From the NCBI RefSeq assembly GCF_009834535.1, contig NC_045696.1:75704001-75768000 (forward strand): a stretch of DNA of 64,000 nt, read 5' to 3'. The first letter of the stretch is position 1. Each line of letters opens with the position of its first letter. Positions 61,671-64,000 of this stretch are shown one piece after another. The position numbers and the translations under genes were made by a program. Below the pieces are notes generated by a model that was given only the letters and a program-made list of their open reading frames with translations, ran no database searches and was not told where the DNA came from. This stretch comes from Camelus ferus. Its lineage: Eukaryota.

Positions 61671-63309
61671 TTTAAAAAGTCTTAAGTTATCAGTGTTATT
61701 GAGTTAAGATTTACCTATAAATCAGGTTTTACAGCCATGCTAGTTCTCTCTTCATTATTTTCTTTCATTAGCACTATTATAGTAATATTCTACTCAGCTC
61801 TTTCCAGCCAGGTTCTTCATATTTGCGTATCCAAATAAAACTTTGGGTCTGAAGACCAACTGTTTGCAATTTAGCTAAGGGACCCAACTCAGGGTCTCGC
61901 TGAAATTTCTTCCAATAGAGTCTCTGTTCAGACCGTGAGTGTTAGTGGTTCCAGAACATCCACTTCGAGAGTCTCGACCTTGGCTTCTCTGAGACTCTGA
62001 GTTTCCACATTTCTCTGTGTCTCCCCACCCTGTAGAGTGTGGCTGAGGGTTTAGGCTTCAGGTCTAGTGTTTTCACTGTCAAGCATTAATGAATCTTCAA
62101 ACAGTGTTCAAATTATTTGGATCCTGTCAAGAGAAAGTTTACTTTTAGTATGTATACTTTCTTTAGGAAAAGAAAAATGTTTATTATAATATCTTCCCCT
62201 TCATAAATGGTTCATCCTGGCCAGGAAGCCAACTGCTAGAAAGAGGGAGAGGACCTTCTGATTAAGACTATTTCAGCTCCCTTCTGGGCAGAGAAACATC
62301 CACAGGCAGCATTTTGGTGGTATGACATGGGGAATACCAGCACAAATTTTAAGGAGTTATGCCTACCAATGGAGAGCTAGATAGTGTGTTCCCTGAATCA
62401 GCGTCAGCAGCGGACAATTCCATTTGTGTCCTTCCGGGGAACACCTGTTCGAGACATTCACAACTCAGATGTGCAGGCTGGTTCTGGTGTTACATGCTCC
62501 ATATATTCTTCTCAGTCTTTTCTCTCCCATGTGAAAGTGTGAAAATAGATTTTTATTGAGGTTTCAGGGCATCTATGGTGCCACAATAGCTCAAGAAGAG
62601 CCTTTTATTTTTTAAAATAAAATTGTAAATGTCCTCAGACTGTCATGTACAGGAGACTGAGCTCTTACGCTATTTAAAAATTTTATGTGATCATAAATCT
62701 GTTCCATAGTCAAGTTACTGTTTTATATAATACATTGTAACCTTTTTCCTTCTCACTTCCTCTGTGTTTTCCAGGGATATATGTGAATTTTATTAGTTTC
62801 ATTATGTTTAGAAAAATCATAGTACTTTTTAATTTGGAAAATATCTTTTTTTATTTGTTTCTGTCATTAATGACATTGGCATGAATTAAGAGAACAGCTT
62901 ATTCATGAATTGGTCAGTCATCAGTGTTTGAACTGGAATTTAAGAACACAATGAATAAACGCCTGGATAGAGCAGGACGGCCAAGGAGTCCCAAGGTGCC
63001 GCCACCCACGGGTTTTCTTACCTTGTCTACATGAGCCCAGCAACACCTTAGTATACTGATTTCTCCAAGATTTACCTTGACTTTAAAACGAAGTTTCTCA
63101 TGTAGTTCCACCCTTCTGGATTTGACAACACCTCTTTCACTACACAGCAAGCAAGCTCTAGTATCTTGATGGGAAATATTTTTAGATTGGGAACTCTGAA
63201 GAAGTTACAGGATAGCATGTGTGCCTCAGAATTATAAAATGAGAAACACCTTTCATCTGGCTCAGAGCATTTTTCTTTCACTTTTTAGGTACTTAAAGTC
63301 ACTGTTGCC

Positions 63310-63505
63310 ATAAACCCATTTAGCTGTTAGGGAGTGATCAGTAATAAAGTGCCAGGTTTCTAACTGAGGATACGCACAAGCTGAAGTGAGATCATCTGCT
63401 CAAGGTCACAGGCTGTATTTCATAAGATGTAGATGTGTGTGTATCTGTGCTGGAAGGTGGGAGAGCTCACATTTCTGGAATCAAACTCTAGGCGTTTAAC
63501 TCCAC
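63310..63505 (-). mobile_element. MIR fragment
   Basis: aactgagga...gaagtgagatcatctgctcaaggtcacag...ggaatcaaactctaggcgtttaactcca. Confidence 0.5.
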
Positions 63506-64000
63506 AAAGAAGGATTTTATCAGATAGACAAATTTGCTCTTTGTGAATGTCATAGAATTTGTCTGTTTCTGTTTTGACTTCTGGAGGTCAATTGTTTGAT
63601 TCTTGATGGCGCTCCATCACACTAGGGAACCAAAGAGGGTCCATTTCTGCTGTCTTGGAAATTGCCTGGTTGCAGCCAAGCTATTTCCTGAGTCTAATTT
63701 CTTTATCCTTCCCAACTATTTGTATCGTTCCAATTCATTCTTCTTACATTTAAATTGGAGCTGGCTTTGGTTACTTAGAATCCAGAATCCTGATGGGAAC
63801 TTTGTACACAGCAGTATTAGCAACCAAGCCACAGCTATGACACAGGCTTCTTATGGAGCCCTTTTCAGGGGTCGACTGGAAAAACTTCAAAATTAAAGCA
63901 TCCCAGAAGTGGAATGGACTGGATAGTTATTCCTAGTCAACAGATACAGGAGTGCGTGATATAAAAATTCAATCTGAAAGCAGACATTATTACAAGAAGC

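Noticed and set aside
61965..61977. TCGAGA-G-TCTCGA inverted repeat
   Set aside because: 6-bp arms are expected by chance in 64 kb, and there is no supporting context.
30..63896. The 60-133 aa ORFs in the supplied track as genes
   Set aside because: None resembles a known cellular protein. Lengths fit chance ORFs, many use non-ATG starts, and those with recognisable motifs are decayed L1 ORF2 or hAT transposase.

Overview
Mammalian genomic DNA, AT-rich and CpG-depleted, with no CpG island. It is most likely from a camelid (camel/alpaca/llama), because a vic-1-type tRNA-derived SINE with a perfect 17-bp target-site duplication (TSD) lies at ~51.0 kb. The only recognisable gene-derived sequence is 1-3694 (+): the last 40 codons and the whole ~3.56-kb 3'UTR of the pseudophosphatase STYX. 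It appears intronless and ends in ATTAAA plus an A8 tail, so it is read as a processed retrocopy whose 5' part lies upstream of the window. The remaining ~60 kb has no credible protein-coding exon, and the listed ORFs are chance ORFs or decayed transposon frames. It is a mosaic of L1 (all nine recognisable insertions on the minus strand), L2, MIR, LTR (MER76, MLT1) and many hAT DNA transposon fossils (MER58A, MER5, MER53, MER33, Zaphod, MER63, Charlie7), with several nested insertions. Two L1s carry apparent 3' transductions, and a few repeat-free, motif-dense blocks could be conserved enhancers. I found no evidence for a wholly new biological system. The best leads are the STYX retrocopy, the 3' transductions and the L1 strand bias. 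All repeat family names were assigned from remembered consensus sequences, and boundaries are approximate unless TSDs are given.
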